A stretch of DNA of 64,000 nucleotides, taken from contig BCIN01000004.1 in NCBI GenBank assembly GCA_039545335.1, positions 1,478,925-1,542,924 on the forward strand, written 5' to 3'. Position numbers and translations under genes: made by a program. Numbering within the stretch: position 1 is the stretch's first letter; every line of letters begins with the position of its first letter. The notes beneath the pieces are model-generated. The model did not search any database. It worked only from the letters and a program-made list of their open reading frames with translations, and was not told where the DNA came from. The DNA is from Kondoa subrosea. Its lineage: Eukaryota. Positions 24,872-36,861 of this stretch are shown one piece after another.

Positions 24872-27217
24872 TCAGTTCACGATAAGCCATAAAGTCAAAC
24901 TAGCAGCCAGCAGGGGATGGAGGTACTCGCGGACACTGCTTGAAGCTGCATCTTGGCTTGTAGTGCTCGTGAAGTACGAAACAGGCGGCGAGAATTTGTT
25001 TGACCCGTAATCAAAGTAGTCGTCCATGTACGATTCTGGAAGTGGAGGTAGCGATTCTACTCCAAAGGTAAGGGTCGTTATCATGCCCATCACCTTGAAG
25101 GAACGGATCAGCGAGTACTAGAAGAATTTGAAGCAAAGTGCTTACCATGTGCGGCAAAATGTGACAATGAAGCAACCAGGCTAAGCAACAGTATCAGTAC
25201 GACTCTAGCAAATTCATTGCGCTATAGTACCTCCAGGACTTTATCGGAAAAGATCAGCTTGGGCTCAACTGAAGTGCAAGGAGACTCACTCATCGACTCG
25301 AATCCGGTAAGCGACCCAGCCCTCTGGTGTTCCCGGGACAATACCCGTTGGACTGCCTTGATAAGACGCTCCAGGTGAAGGATAGACCACATTCGTATCT
25401 CTGATAACAGCTTTGGATGTATTCCAAGTACTTTTGAGCGTTGCTGGGTCATAAAGCCCTTCTCCTCCTCCAACTGTTATTTGCTTTAGTACAATCCTCC
25501 TTTATGCAAAATGTACGAGGCTTACGATAGTAGTAATGAGCACCGTGAGCATGGAACGGATGTGTTTCAGATACATTAGAAGGGTTGGCGAGATTTTGAA
25601 TGATGATGTCTAAGATTTCTCCTTTCTTAGCAGGGTAGGAGAGGGTTGAGGGATCGTATCCATTGTTCTCGCTTGCCAAAGTATAGTTCGGTTTCAAAGT
25701 GCCAGCGTAAATTTGAACAAGAGTCGGCACGTTTGGTGCGGTTTCGTTCGATGAACGGTTGTTGATGACCCATGCTGATCCTTTACCTGTGGTGTTGTAA
25801 GGAACGTTGATCTGCTGGCCGTTCATGATGATTGTTCTGGTCACTTCCTCGTCTTTGGGTGGTGGTGCATACATTCCTTGCTTTTGTGTCAAGTTGTGCA
25901 GGATCCAGCCAAAGCTTTCGAGAGGAAGTGGAAGAGTGACGTTTAAATCAGCTGGGGCGACTAGAGAGCTATCGATCGAGGACTGATCGTAGGAGAGTAG
26001 AGCGACACCTTGAGTCTTGACAGGCCGCCAGCGAGTCTCCAGGCGAATCCAGTAGTTTCCGTTCTTTCCGTCTTGACGTAGCTGATCTTGCGATTTTGTC
26101 TTGAGTAGGAAAGAGTAGCGTTGACCTGAGGCGATTTCCAAATGGTCAGTGTCATATTGCTCGACTGATCATCGTCAGCAGGGAGGATCATAATCTTCAT
26201 CAGTACGCACGATAGCGACCATCAGCTTCTATCAAAGTCATGGTATCATGATCCTCAAACAGCATACTGATATAATTCAAGGCAGTACCACCGACGACTC
26301 GGAAGCTGTGAAGCGAGAAATTTGCGAATCAGTAATTGTCCGTTTGCACTGAATGCATACTGACCGGTATGTCTTATCCGGTTGTACACTGATCTTCTCA
26401 TACCCGCAAGAAGTGCTGCACACTTGATCAGGCAAAAGAGCGGAAGCATTACATTGCCCAAGCGCTTTGCCGTTTAACAAGAGTGCTTGTGGCTCTCCCA
26501 ACCAAGCGAAGGTCTCGTTCACTAAACCGGCGATGATAGCTGAATCATTCTTGTGCCAGTATTCCGAAAGCAACAGAGTACGCTCTAAAACAGAGACATG
26601 TGTTTAGTCCTCCAAACGGTCTTGATGCTGCTGACGCACCTTCATCGTACTGATATGGAGGCTCCTTCCCGCTCTTCTCTTTGATATTAAGAGAGCCTTG
26701 AGCAGTCATTGCTTGCATGCCGACATGAGCGTGATAGAAGTAAGTTCCGGCATCACCATCTTGTAATTGAAATTCGTAGTCGAAGTATGATCCTGGAGGG
26801 ATGGGCCACTGACGAAAACACCACAGCAGGTCAGAAATAGCTCAATCAGTACATGAATGGCAATCTTACTTGAGATAGATTCGGGGTGCCATCCGCGAAG
26901 CAGGCGGCTCGTTGACTTAAACCATGCCAGTCTGCAGCCATGTCAGACGATATGCAACAACAAGGATGATTGAGTAGCTCACGAAGGGTAACATTTTCGC
27001 CAGACGGTTCATTATCGTTGTACACGCGAATCCAGACATGCTCCCCTTCCGCATATTCGAGAGGTGGACCTGGAGATGTACCATTGATGACAGAGGAAGT
27101 ACGAGGAGTGCAGTCACTCGTCAGAGTTGTTGTGTTGATTCTAAGAATCGTATCAGGTTGCCAAGCAGAGGCAATCGAACAGAAGGAAAAGAATATTAAT
27201 AGCAGAAGAGATCTCAT
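24872..27217 (-). CDS. Secreted multicopper oxidase (ascorbate oxidase/laccase-like, AA1)
   Basis: Signal peptide MRSLLLLIFFSFCSIASA. All four Cu motifs present: LHWHG (split by an intron), YFYHAH, HPFHAHG, WLLHCHILPHMVMGM. Hydrophobic C-terminus. Confidence 0.93.
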
Positions 27218-27992
27218 CTCGGGAAGGTGTTGCGCAGAGATGGCAAGGATGAAGAGATACAGAGGAATGCAAAAGATTTGTTCTGACAGTAGAATACAGA
27301 TTCTACTTAAGAAAGCATGGGGTGACTTGAGACACACCTAGAAGCATCTGCACTGCTACGCGGGAAGCATGCTGTGGTCATGCGCTTTCCCGGTACTATT
27401 ATGTCATGTCTCTGCCTCTCTGGGTCGCAGGGACAGCCGAGTCCCTTGCAATTTCCTGAGATGTGGAGATGTGATACAGAAATATATTAAAATGCTGAGC
27501 CGGGGCGAGCGTTCTTGTTAAAGAGGCTACTGTTCGCGCTTTTGGCGCCGTTGAGATCCAAGATTGCTGTCACGCAGAACCAAGCAGAACCTGTGCGGGC
27601 ATAAAATGCCTCGTCGCCGGATCTTTTTCGGTCCCTTCATCAGATTCTTGTCGAAAACCGCCAGTCCTCAGGCTCTACTGTACAATGACTCATCGCATTT
27701 ACTGGCGACCGATGCTTATGATGACCAGAGCCAGCTCTGAGAGCTTGCTGTCCCTAATGCGGCTCACCACGCCTAAGTCCAAGATATACCTACCTTGTTT
27801 CTCTCCTCCTTTGTGTTTCCTCGACATTCTGACCGAGCCGTTACACCATCACATGTACGGTACCCCGAGTGGCCTTCTGATTCGCATACTGTATCTTTAT
27901 TGTTGTCTTTATTTAATTGCATTTGCTGTACGTTTCTACTGGTACTATTTCTGTGAAATTGTATATCTGCTCGCTTGAACGGTCACGAAGCG

Positions 27993-29703
27993 ATGCAAAC
28001 ACCGCAGGAAATACTCAAGGATGCGACGGTGCTCGTTAGGTAGATCCTAGCGCTTGCACATTGACCATAGACTGATACTACAGAACTAGTGGTGGTGCAG
28101 GTTTCGTCGGCTCGCATCTGATCTGGAGATTGCTTCAAGAAGACTTTCACGTCAAGCGGGTCTTCACTCTCGTACGCTCAAAGAATGGTTCACCAGCAGT
28201 ATCTCGCCTGCCGAGATTCTTGCGACCATACACTTCAACCCGTCTTACAGTCTTGGAAGGAGATTGTATAAAGCCTCAATTTGGACTTGGTGACAGAGAC
28301 TGGGATCTGCTTGGAAAGACAATTGATGTAGTAGTACATGCTGGTGCGTTCCGGCCACACTCTCGCAGATGTCTCGCCTGAATTCCCTTCCAGCTGCAAG
28401 CACTTCTTTCACTGATCCTATGCCATAGTAAATTGTTCTCATATATTGTTGAGTGCTTACTTATATATTCTCAGTATGCTGAAAGCTGTGGTGATTGCTA
28501 CTTTCGACTAAGGCTCGCTGAAGATGCTGATAGTGATACTTGTATTTTCAGGTCGAGCCAGCTTATGCTATGGCCTATTTCTCTGCCCGAAGCTCGAACG
28601 TCAAAGTGCATATCCATATTTCTACCGCTTTTGTTGGTTGGAACAGACCCGCAGGTCTCATATTCCTCGAGAATCCGTTGGTACCTACCACAAATGCATA
28701 TCACAACACATGTAAGCTTTGGCTGAAATTGCGGAAAAATTGTAGCTGAGCTTTTGCTTAAGACCTCCAAGCTAAAGCTATTGCTGAAGATTTCGTCACT
28801 ACCTTGGCCGTACAACCTTCTACCAGAACTGTCTTTAGGTCGGTAAGGCTTGACGGGCTTGCAACGCTTACTTATGGGATGACTAGACTTGCACGCCTGT
28901 CAATCATTGGACCAGCCATACGAATGCCTCATCCTGGTAGTGGAGCAGGGCCTGCAGTAAGCTTCTCTTCCAAGATAGTAGTTGTCACGCACTCAAAATA
29001 CCCTGACAGAGTCCGGTTGCTGCATTGTTGTCCGCTGAAGTAATTCCTGCTCGGTTCATCAATGAAGATGCGCAATTCGATAGTGCGTCCTACTCCGTCT
29101 TACAGACTTTGACTAATATTGATGATAGTGCTACCTGTTGACATTTGCGTAAGCCAAGGCCTTCCTTGGCAGTTTTCTGTTCCTTGCTCACATCTATGCT
29201 GTTTCATTGAGGTAGGTAGACCGACTTATTGCAATCACCGCCGCTTCTCTCTTGACTTCTCAGAAATCTCTTTCCGCTCCCAGCAAGCCCAGATCTATAG
29301 CTTAGCTGCTGGCATCGTGCGATCTAATCTGGTTCCCCAAGAGATCATGAACGACCCGAAATACAAGATTTCAAGTTTAGCAATTCCGTATCAGGTTTTT
29401 CTTGCAGCTTATTCAGATATCATCAACAAGGTAAGATCATGCTGTAAACTATTGAAGAGAAAAAGCTTGGCTGATGAAGTGTCTTAGAGCGTTCTGTTCG
29501 ATACTTCTTGCACCAACTATATCTGCGGCTTATCTTCTTCTCGCACCTCTTTGGATCCACCAGTCGACTGCACAAGGTTGAATGTGGATCTATCGCAAGA
29601 GCTTGTACGAATGAAAGGTTGGGATAGCTACTTCACCATGTTACGCGACTATATGGAAAGAGGCCTGGCCAATAAAGCGAAGCGAGGGAAGGCGAAGCTT
29701 TGA
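27993..29703 (+). CDS. Extended SDR, NAD_binding_4 / fatty-acyl-CoA reductase-like, with C-terminal PTS1 (AKL)
   Basis: GGAGFVGSHL, LEGDCIKPQFGL, IDVVVHAAA, IHISTAFV, spliced YLQAK (YxxxK), ARLSIIGPA, LPVDICV. Ends ...KRGKAKL*. Confidence 0.8.
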
Positions 29704-30119
29704 TCTTGCAGACTGTGCAGCCTACACTTCTTAGTGCAAGAGCTCCATAGTATGCAGCAATCATAGCAGGCGAGAGGGTTGTTGCAGAGAGGGACTAGAA
29801 GCCACAGACAGCAATGTATTACGTAATCCTTTCTCTGATACCGACAGTGACTTCCCAACTTCTCGACTCTCAGGATCATCGATAGCATCTCGCAATACGT
29901 TTCTATACGCTATCGGTCACCTGCTGCTGGAATTCCCGCTCCGAATTACCTGAAATGCCTTGACCAGCCATTTTTTAACTTGCTCCGTGCCATCCTGCTG
30001 TCCATGTATCCTGCCTTCCTGTATCAGCAAGCCATCATGCTGTACTGCTATAAGAGCCTTTCCATTCTGTCTGGCTTGCTCTTCTACACCCATCACTTGT
30101 CAATCCATTTCATCAAACA

Positions 30120-30941
30120 ATGGCTCGCTTCAACTTCTCACTCGTCGCTTTCTTCGCCCTTGTTCTTGTCTTGATTTCCATCGAGTCGACTGATGCTCTT
30201 CCGACAAGTCGTTTTGCACCTCGCCGTGCTATTCGTCCAGTATTGGCCAAACGATCAACTGCTACTGCCACACCTTTAGCCAACCTGGTCTCAGCCGTGA
30301 CCAAACGATGGACATCAAAACCTGAACCTACAGTACTGAAACCAGTTCAACCTAAGAGGTCTATCGTTGTCGCTGCTCGCAAATTAGCTATTCGAAAAGA
30401 AGCTGAAACCGTATCCGATATTTGGACTTCTGCAACCCAGACCAAGATCGTCAACCCTAAGATGAAAAGGCAGGAAGTTCAGGCTACTTCTGTTGAAAGC
30501 GTATCAGCTAGCGAGTAAGTTTTGCTTGCGAACTACCCAAACGATCTGTGCTGACGATTTTTCCTCAGTGTCTTATCAAGCGATGCTATCATTTCTTCTA
30601 CATCATCTACACAAGAAGCCTATCCTACTATCACATTAACAAGAACTGTGACAATGATTCCGGTCACTCGCTTCGTTCAAATTAGAGCATCATCGGCTTC
30701 CGGATCAGCTTCTGCTTTTGATCAAACCATTATCAAAGTCGATTATGTGGATGCAGCTCCTTCTTCATCTGGATCTGCCTCCTCTATCAATATGGCGGAG
30801 TTCCCTTCCAGATCTGGGCCAGTAAAATTCGGTTTACCTAGAAACGATGTATCTGCGCAATCTGGATCTGCTTCTGGTTCTTCGGTCCAACATGCAACCA
30901 GGAACGCTGCTGTACCTTCTGCAACTTTGGCAGTACTATGA
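30120..30941 (+). CDS. Secreted Ser/Thr/Ala-rich protein with several Lys-Arg sites; unknown function
   Basis: Signal peptide MARFNFSLVAFFALVLVLISIESTDA; four KR sites; one intron at about 30515-30568; SGSAS motifs in the C-terminal half. Confidence 0.75.
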
Positions 30942-31277
30942 AAAGGGCAATGATGGGTAGAGAGGGGATCAAGAGAGAGATGGATTTGGATTGGCTTCGG
31001 GTTTTGTTCGTTTTTGGGTTTTTAAAAGGGAATTCTGCGTGTACATATAAGGGCTTCACTTTCGAGTCTGCAATAGACACTAGAACTGTTACGCATTGGA
31101 ACACTTCAAGTTGACATCTTTCAAGTTCAATTGTTTGTTTGACGACAGTGATCTCAGAAGACGCGCATCTGCCTTTGATCTTTCCGCCTGCTGTTGTGCA
31201 TCTTTCGTTTCTCTGTCTTTGAAAGCAACAAGACTCTACCTTCCGCTCGGGCAATAAACAACTAAACTGTCGAAATC

Positions 31278-32507
31278 ATGTCTTCACGTCGAGATGACAG
31301 CGCTCTTACTTCATTAGCTGCCAATCAGCCCAACTTCGAGGTTTGTCACTGAACAACTTGTCGAATTGCAACTGCTTCCGTTGCTGATGTCCATCCTTCC
31401 TTCCTTATTCTCTAGAAAGGTGTTGCATATTGGGATTCGATAGAAGCAACCAACAATGGTGTCCTTGTACGCAAAAGTACTCTCAGTACAATCGGAAACC
31501 TCAATCTGATCGATCTTAGGGAGGTTTTGGCAATGGTCCTGTTCCTCGGATTGACGCACTTGGTTCTCGGATGTTCTTACTCACACTAAAACCTTCTTTA
31601 TCCACTATCGTTCCTCCTCATAAAACATCTCTACCAGATCGAACTCGATCTTACAAAGCGCTAGATGCTGGTGTATGTCCTTCAACCACTCTCTCTATCA
31701 GTTGGACGATGTTTCTGATGTGTTGAGACTCAAGGCTGGAATAGGTAGAGTAACAGCCGATGTTCTCTTACCTCTTTTCGACAGAGTGGATCTAGTAGAA
31801 AGCTCTTCTCACTTCCTAGAAAAAGCTCAGAAAGCAAGTAAGAATTGGAGAGGAATCAAAGATTGCAAGAAAGGCGTCAGGTTTTTCAAATCTGGGCTGC
31901 AACATTTCGATCCTGCAGATCCAAAAGGTCAATTTGGGTCAATACTTGGTGCTCAAGATTTTGATGACCAATATGATGTGATATGGAGTGCGTTTCGATT
32001 CACTTGGTTATGCCGAGAGACAAGCTAATCTACATGTATCATCAGTTCAATGGGTCGCTGGTCATCTTTCAGAAGAAGATTTAGTCGATTTCCTCAAAAG
32101 GTGTCAGAAAGCCCTGCGGCAAGATCAAGATCAAAGGAAGGAACGATCTGCAATAGTAGTCAAAGAGAATGTAATAAACCAAGAAGAGAACATGTTTGAT
32201 GAAACGGATTCAAGTTTTGTTAGGTTGGTTTGCGCCATTCATTTGAAGAATATTTGCTCATCTACCCACTCAGAACCGACAAAAGCTTCAAGACATGTTT
32301 CGAGTTGGCAGGTGAGTTCGTTCGTCAGACATAAGCCGAACAGTAATAAATATTGCTGTCAAGGTCTGACACTGTGGAAAGAGGAGATACAGCAGGGCTT
32401 TCCGGACGAGTTATACCCTGTCAAAATGTGCGTCCTGCTTTTGTGTTGATGCCTACAATCCAAAGACTGATTTCGTTTTCGATTTCGTCAGGTATGCTCT
32501 TTACTGA
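31278..32507 (+). CDS. NTM1: Alpha-N-terminal protein methyltransferase (Ntm1/Tae1)
   Basis: YWDSIEATNNGVLGGFG, ALDAGAGIGRVT, VDLVE, QWVAGHL, IVVKEN, FDETDSS, QQGFPDELYPVKMYAL. Confidence 0.93.
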
Positions 32508-34442
32508 TGATATGCTCTTTCCGAATGCCTTTGAGCTGCCCAACTCGTGTCTACATCCGTCGGCCCTAGTAATGCTACTTGCAGCAATATCTTGTTGATA
32601 AGAGCTCTTTTGAGGAATTGCTCCCTTGCCAGCGATCGCAAACGCTGTTCGAGGTAAATCAGGGTTGACTTCCACACGCCAATAATGAAACGAACTTTGA
32701 GGAACTTGTCTAAATCTATGTTTGCTGTTCCAGAGTTCAATCCTCTGCCTAATTGGTAAATAGTATCTTCCAAAGCGTTGTCTTCAGCGACCAGATCAAT
32801 CAACCTATCAGAGACTTATATCAGATTCTCTCTTTTCTCTTTAGATTTGAGTAGACTCACTGATTATAGACTACCGTTGTCGAACAGAGAATCTCATCCA
32901 CAGGCGGATCCGGTCTCGAATTCAACTCGAGCACATTTTTCGTTGCTAAATCAACCGCTTGCTGATATTTGTCCCTCACGCTCTCACAAACTTCTTTGAC
33001 TGCTTTCAATCTATTCATCTCATCCAAAATCGCTGGTTCTCCTTTCAACAGATCTTGCTGTAATAATTGTAAAGAAGAACATTCTTGCGAATGTTGATGC
33101 ATGTAGTTCTGATAAGCTGCATTCAATTTTTGTTGTAAGGCTTGTTTGGCTTGCATCAGTTCTGGATTGTCCGGTCTATTTGGAATGACAGAAGGTGAAG
33201 AGGGTTGTTCGTCCTCATCTAGAATATTGATTGCTGAAAGTGCTTTAGTGATCTGAGCTTCTGAGGTTGGTTGAGTTGGATTTGGTACAGGTGCTGGAGT
33301 GGAAGAAGAAGGTTGTGCTTGATAAGATTGGTTCTGAGGTTGATAGTGATATTGCGGTTCAGCGTTTTGATGCTGATGTATCGGTTGTGACTGCTGCTGA
33401 TATGACTGTTGAAGTTGAGGTAAATGATTCGCAGACGTTGATGTAGAAGGCTGTGATCTCTCTTGAGGCTGCTGCTGCGACCAGTTTGACATCACCGCAT
33501 TGACAGGTCTGTAGCTTGGTCCAGGGGTTAAAGGAAGAGAAGGAGACTGAGCTGGCCGTACTGGTATCCGGCCCTCTGGTGTAGGAGGCAGAGGCGAACG
33601 AGCCCGCGTCTCGTAAGAAGAAGAAGAAGCAGAACTTGTACGCGTATGCAAACTCTGGGAATGTGGTCTCATTGGTAATGGAGGCTGCTGCTGGAAAGAT
33701 GAAGAAGAGGGAGAGGGCGGAGCAGGCACTGGTCTGAAATTAGGCTGTCCAACATTGGCTCGAGAAGTTGGACTTGCAGGACTTTGTGAAGATGCAACGG
33801 AAGGAGATCGAGGCGATTGCTGAGATTGAGATGTTTGAGGTTTCGCATATACTGGAGGTTCCTTTGAGAACAGATCTCGATACGATATAGCAAGTTCCAA
33901 GAGATTACAGCTCTATGCGAGCGATAAGACGCAGACCAGAGAACGAACGGGAAACACTCACTTCACTCTTGCGAGTCCATTGATTCATATACTCTCCTGA
34001 ACAGCGACCGCTGACATCCACGTTCTTGTTGGCTCGAACAAGCATAGAACTGGTCGGTGTCACGTAAACGATAGGCGGTTTGGAAGGATAGTCATAAGGT
34101 ATCCAGAAAGCTAAAGGGATGTTGTAGCTAGCTCCTCTGAAGGAGACTGCAATCGTGCCAGCCAAACGAAGCAGAAGTTGACTCTCGCCATTGTCATGAA
34201 CTTGTAATAGAGCGAATGAGCTCAAGCATACACCACTTGAAGACTACGAACTGTAGGTCGTTGTACTCGGATTCAGAGCAGTAAACGTCTGCAATGTCTT
34301 GTCCACGTCCGAGTAAACGCGATCCCTTTGAGCATACTAGCCAAATGACAATTGTTTGTGAATTTCGAGCTCGCACTCTGTCAGAAGTACTGACAGGTCC
34401 TAGTACAGAGCGCAACCATTGCTGCACTGCAGGTGTGCTCAT
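32501..34442 (-). CDS. VPS23: ESCRT-I subunit Vps23/Tsg101
   Basis: UEV domain (LLLRLAGTIAVSFRGASYNIPLAFWIPYDYPSKPPIVYVTP), Pro/Gln-rich linker, coiled coil, and SB core (VAEDNALEDTIYQL...FLKRLRSLAREQF). Confidence 0.93.
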
Positions 34443-34545
34443 TCAATCGGGGGTATAGCCTAGGCGACTTGGGTATTGGCTGCTAGAAGTCAAGATAAGT
34501 CGCATAGCTATGCGCAACCATCTGAATGGCAAGGCAGATACAGAT

Positions 34546-36546
34546 TCATTGTCCTCTTCTGCCTCTTCCTCTCCCTCGTCTTCCTCGTTGTCCGCCTGAA
34601 TCATCTCCCCACATATTCCCTTGATCAGGTAATGGACCCATTCTTCTCATTCCATATTGCTGCTGTTGCTGCATCCCCATTCCTAGTCCCATTCCAGGAG
34701 GCATGCCATCTCCCGTGAAACCTGGTGGAGGAGCAGGACCACCGAAACCAGGAATAAAGCCTTCTCCTCCCATCATCATATTAGGTTGCTGCTGACCAAA
34801 CATTTGCATAGGTCGACTGTTTTGATAGCCAGCAGCATTGAATCCACCTGCTTGTTGTTGTTGTTGTTGTGAATTGAAACCTCCAGCTCCTAATCCAGGT
34901 AAAGCGAATTCATCATGATCATCTTCTTCTTCTTTCACTCCTAAGCGTCTTGATTCATCTTTTCCAATATGGAAACGATCCATCATATTCCGAGAGACAC
35001 CAGGTCTATTCCGAGACCAGAACCGAGTAGTATGATCATTAGAAGCTGAAGCGAGGACATGACCCAAAGGAGAGAAAGCCAATGACCAAACGTTTGAATC
35101 ATGTGCGTAATCAAGAGCTTCTATAGGTGCTGCTGTAGGTGCCGAAGATTCGATAGACCAATGTAGGATGGAGCCTTCTGATCCACCACTTGCAAGGTAG
35201 GAAGTATGGATTGGATGCCAAGCTATAGAGCAGACGTCTTTCTTGTGACCACGAAGCGATACAAGTTCTTTCATCGCTCGGATATCGTATACTTTGATGA
35301 AAGAATCTCTCGAAGCTGAAGCAACAAGGTGTCCGTTTGGATTCCATGCCAGAGCTTGAACTGTGTTCTTATGGCCATGTCTATCCATTTCTTTAAGCTC
35401 AAATCGACTGATCCCAAAACAAGGACTGACAATGTAGTGAGACATTTCGCACTTCTCGGATCCCAGAATTTGACCAAATTATCTTTACTCCCAGAAACGA
35501 GTAGTCCTTTCGTAGGATGCCATTTAACGCATTTCACGTCCCAACCATGACCAGTCAAGATCTTTTCTTCCCTCATTTCCTCAAAACTCCAAATCTTAAT
35601 CGTAGAATCATCTGCACCTGTAGCAAATCTAGCATCGTTTGGTGCAAAAGAAACATCTCGAACTGATTCTGGATGAGCTTGAAAAGCTTGCAAGTTGTTC
35701 ATGTTGTTTTGAAAGTACTTTATCGTTCCATTCCCGTCACCTGAAACGAACCAGATTCCTGAATTTGACCATTCACCACATCGAACTGGTCCATCATGTG
35801 CTTGTAAAATAGATTCAAAGTTGAAAGTTAGACCATTCCAAAGAGTGAATTCGCCAGATGTTGAACCCGTTATTATCCTTCGACCTTCAGATGTGAACTA
35901 CGCACATAATGAATGGTCTTCATGCAGAAGAAGTATGACTGTACTCACTTTGACTAGATTGACCGGACATCGTACCTTGTTTGTAGAAGTATGTACATAG
36001 CGCGCGCATATCGAAGTAGAGTAGTTTTCAGGGTAAGCAGTAGGTGGAAGCATCTGTTTCGGCTCGCTGAGCACGTGAAGCAGATGATGAGAATGAGCAT
36101 ACCTCTATCACATAGTTGGGATTCGGCCTCATTTGATGTATCTCGCCCATGCAAGTTCGCATTGTTCGAAGCTTGACGGACAGAAATCAACGCCTATCTC
36201 ACAGCGAGATACTACGAAGGACGTACCAGCCTCCATCTGTCCAGCCCAGCAAAGTAGTCAACCGTTTTCCGCGGCTGAATCAACTTCGAAATCAGGATTT
36301 CTCAATCTTGTACTCATGCAATGAAAGCTTTACTCTGTTCTTGGTTTCTCTCCCTGTTCCTCTGTTACTTTGCATTCCTCTTTCCATTCTCGAATTATCG
36401 CTCAGCATAGCTTGTTGCTGGGCTTTCAATGCCTCCGCTTCCCTCTCTGCTTGTGTTGGCGGCAGAGGTGGTGCATACATCAGCTTGGGCTGCCATGATA
36501 CTGTCGCTGCTGTTTGTGCTGCTGTATTGGGTACTAGGTTCAGCAT
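34546..36546 (-). CDS. PFS2: WD40 polyadenylation factor Pfs2/WDR33
   Basis: [82 protein letters not shown]; Gly/Gln-rich tail. Confidence 0.95.
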
Positions 36547-36861
36547 GTTTGGGTATGACTATCCGCTGTTTGGCTTCAACCTAGAGGTCTTCGTGAGAAT
36601 CGTGTCGATTCGTCTCATCTCTCCTCTCCTCTCAGCTCGTCTCCTCGTCTCTTTCTGCTCGTAGCTACGCTGTCATATTGCACAAGAAGAGAATGGGAGC
36701 ATGCGACTTGTATTGGTCCTTCGCCTTTACTGGAGCGGATTGTCTCTGCAGTTGGGTTTGGTTTGAAGTACGCTATGTACAGGGTAGATTCAAAAGTAAA
36801 ACAACGGCAACAGAATACAGTATCTGAACAAAGCAGAATTGTCTATATTTCCCAACGAAGC

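Noticed and set aside
24780..24931. Alternative GC-AG-spliced C-terminus of the multicopper oxidase
   Set aside because: It would need a GAG acceptor, and the unspliced end already gives a sensible hydrophobic tail.
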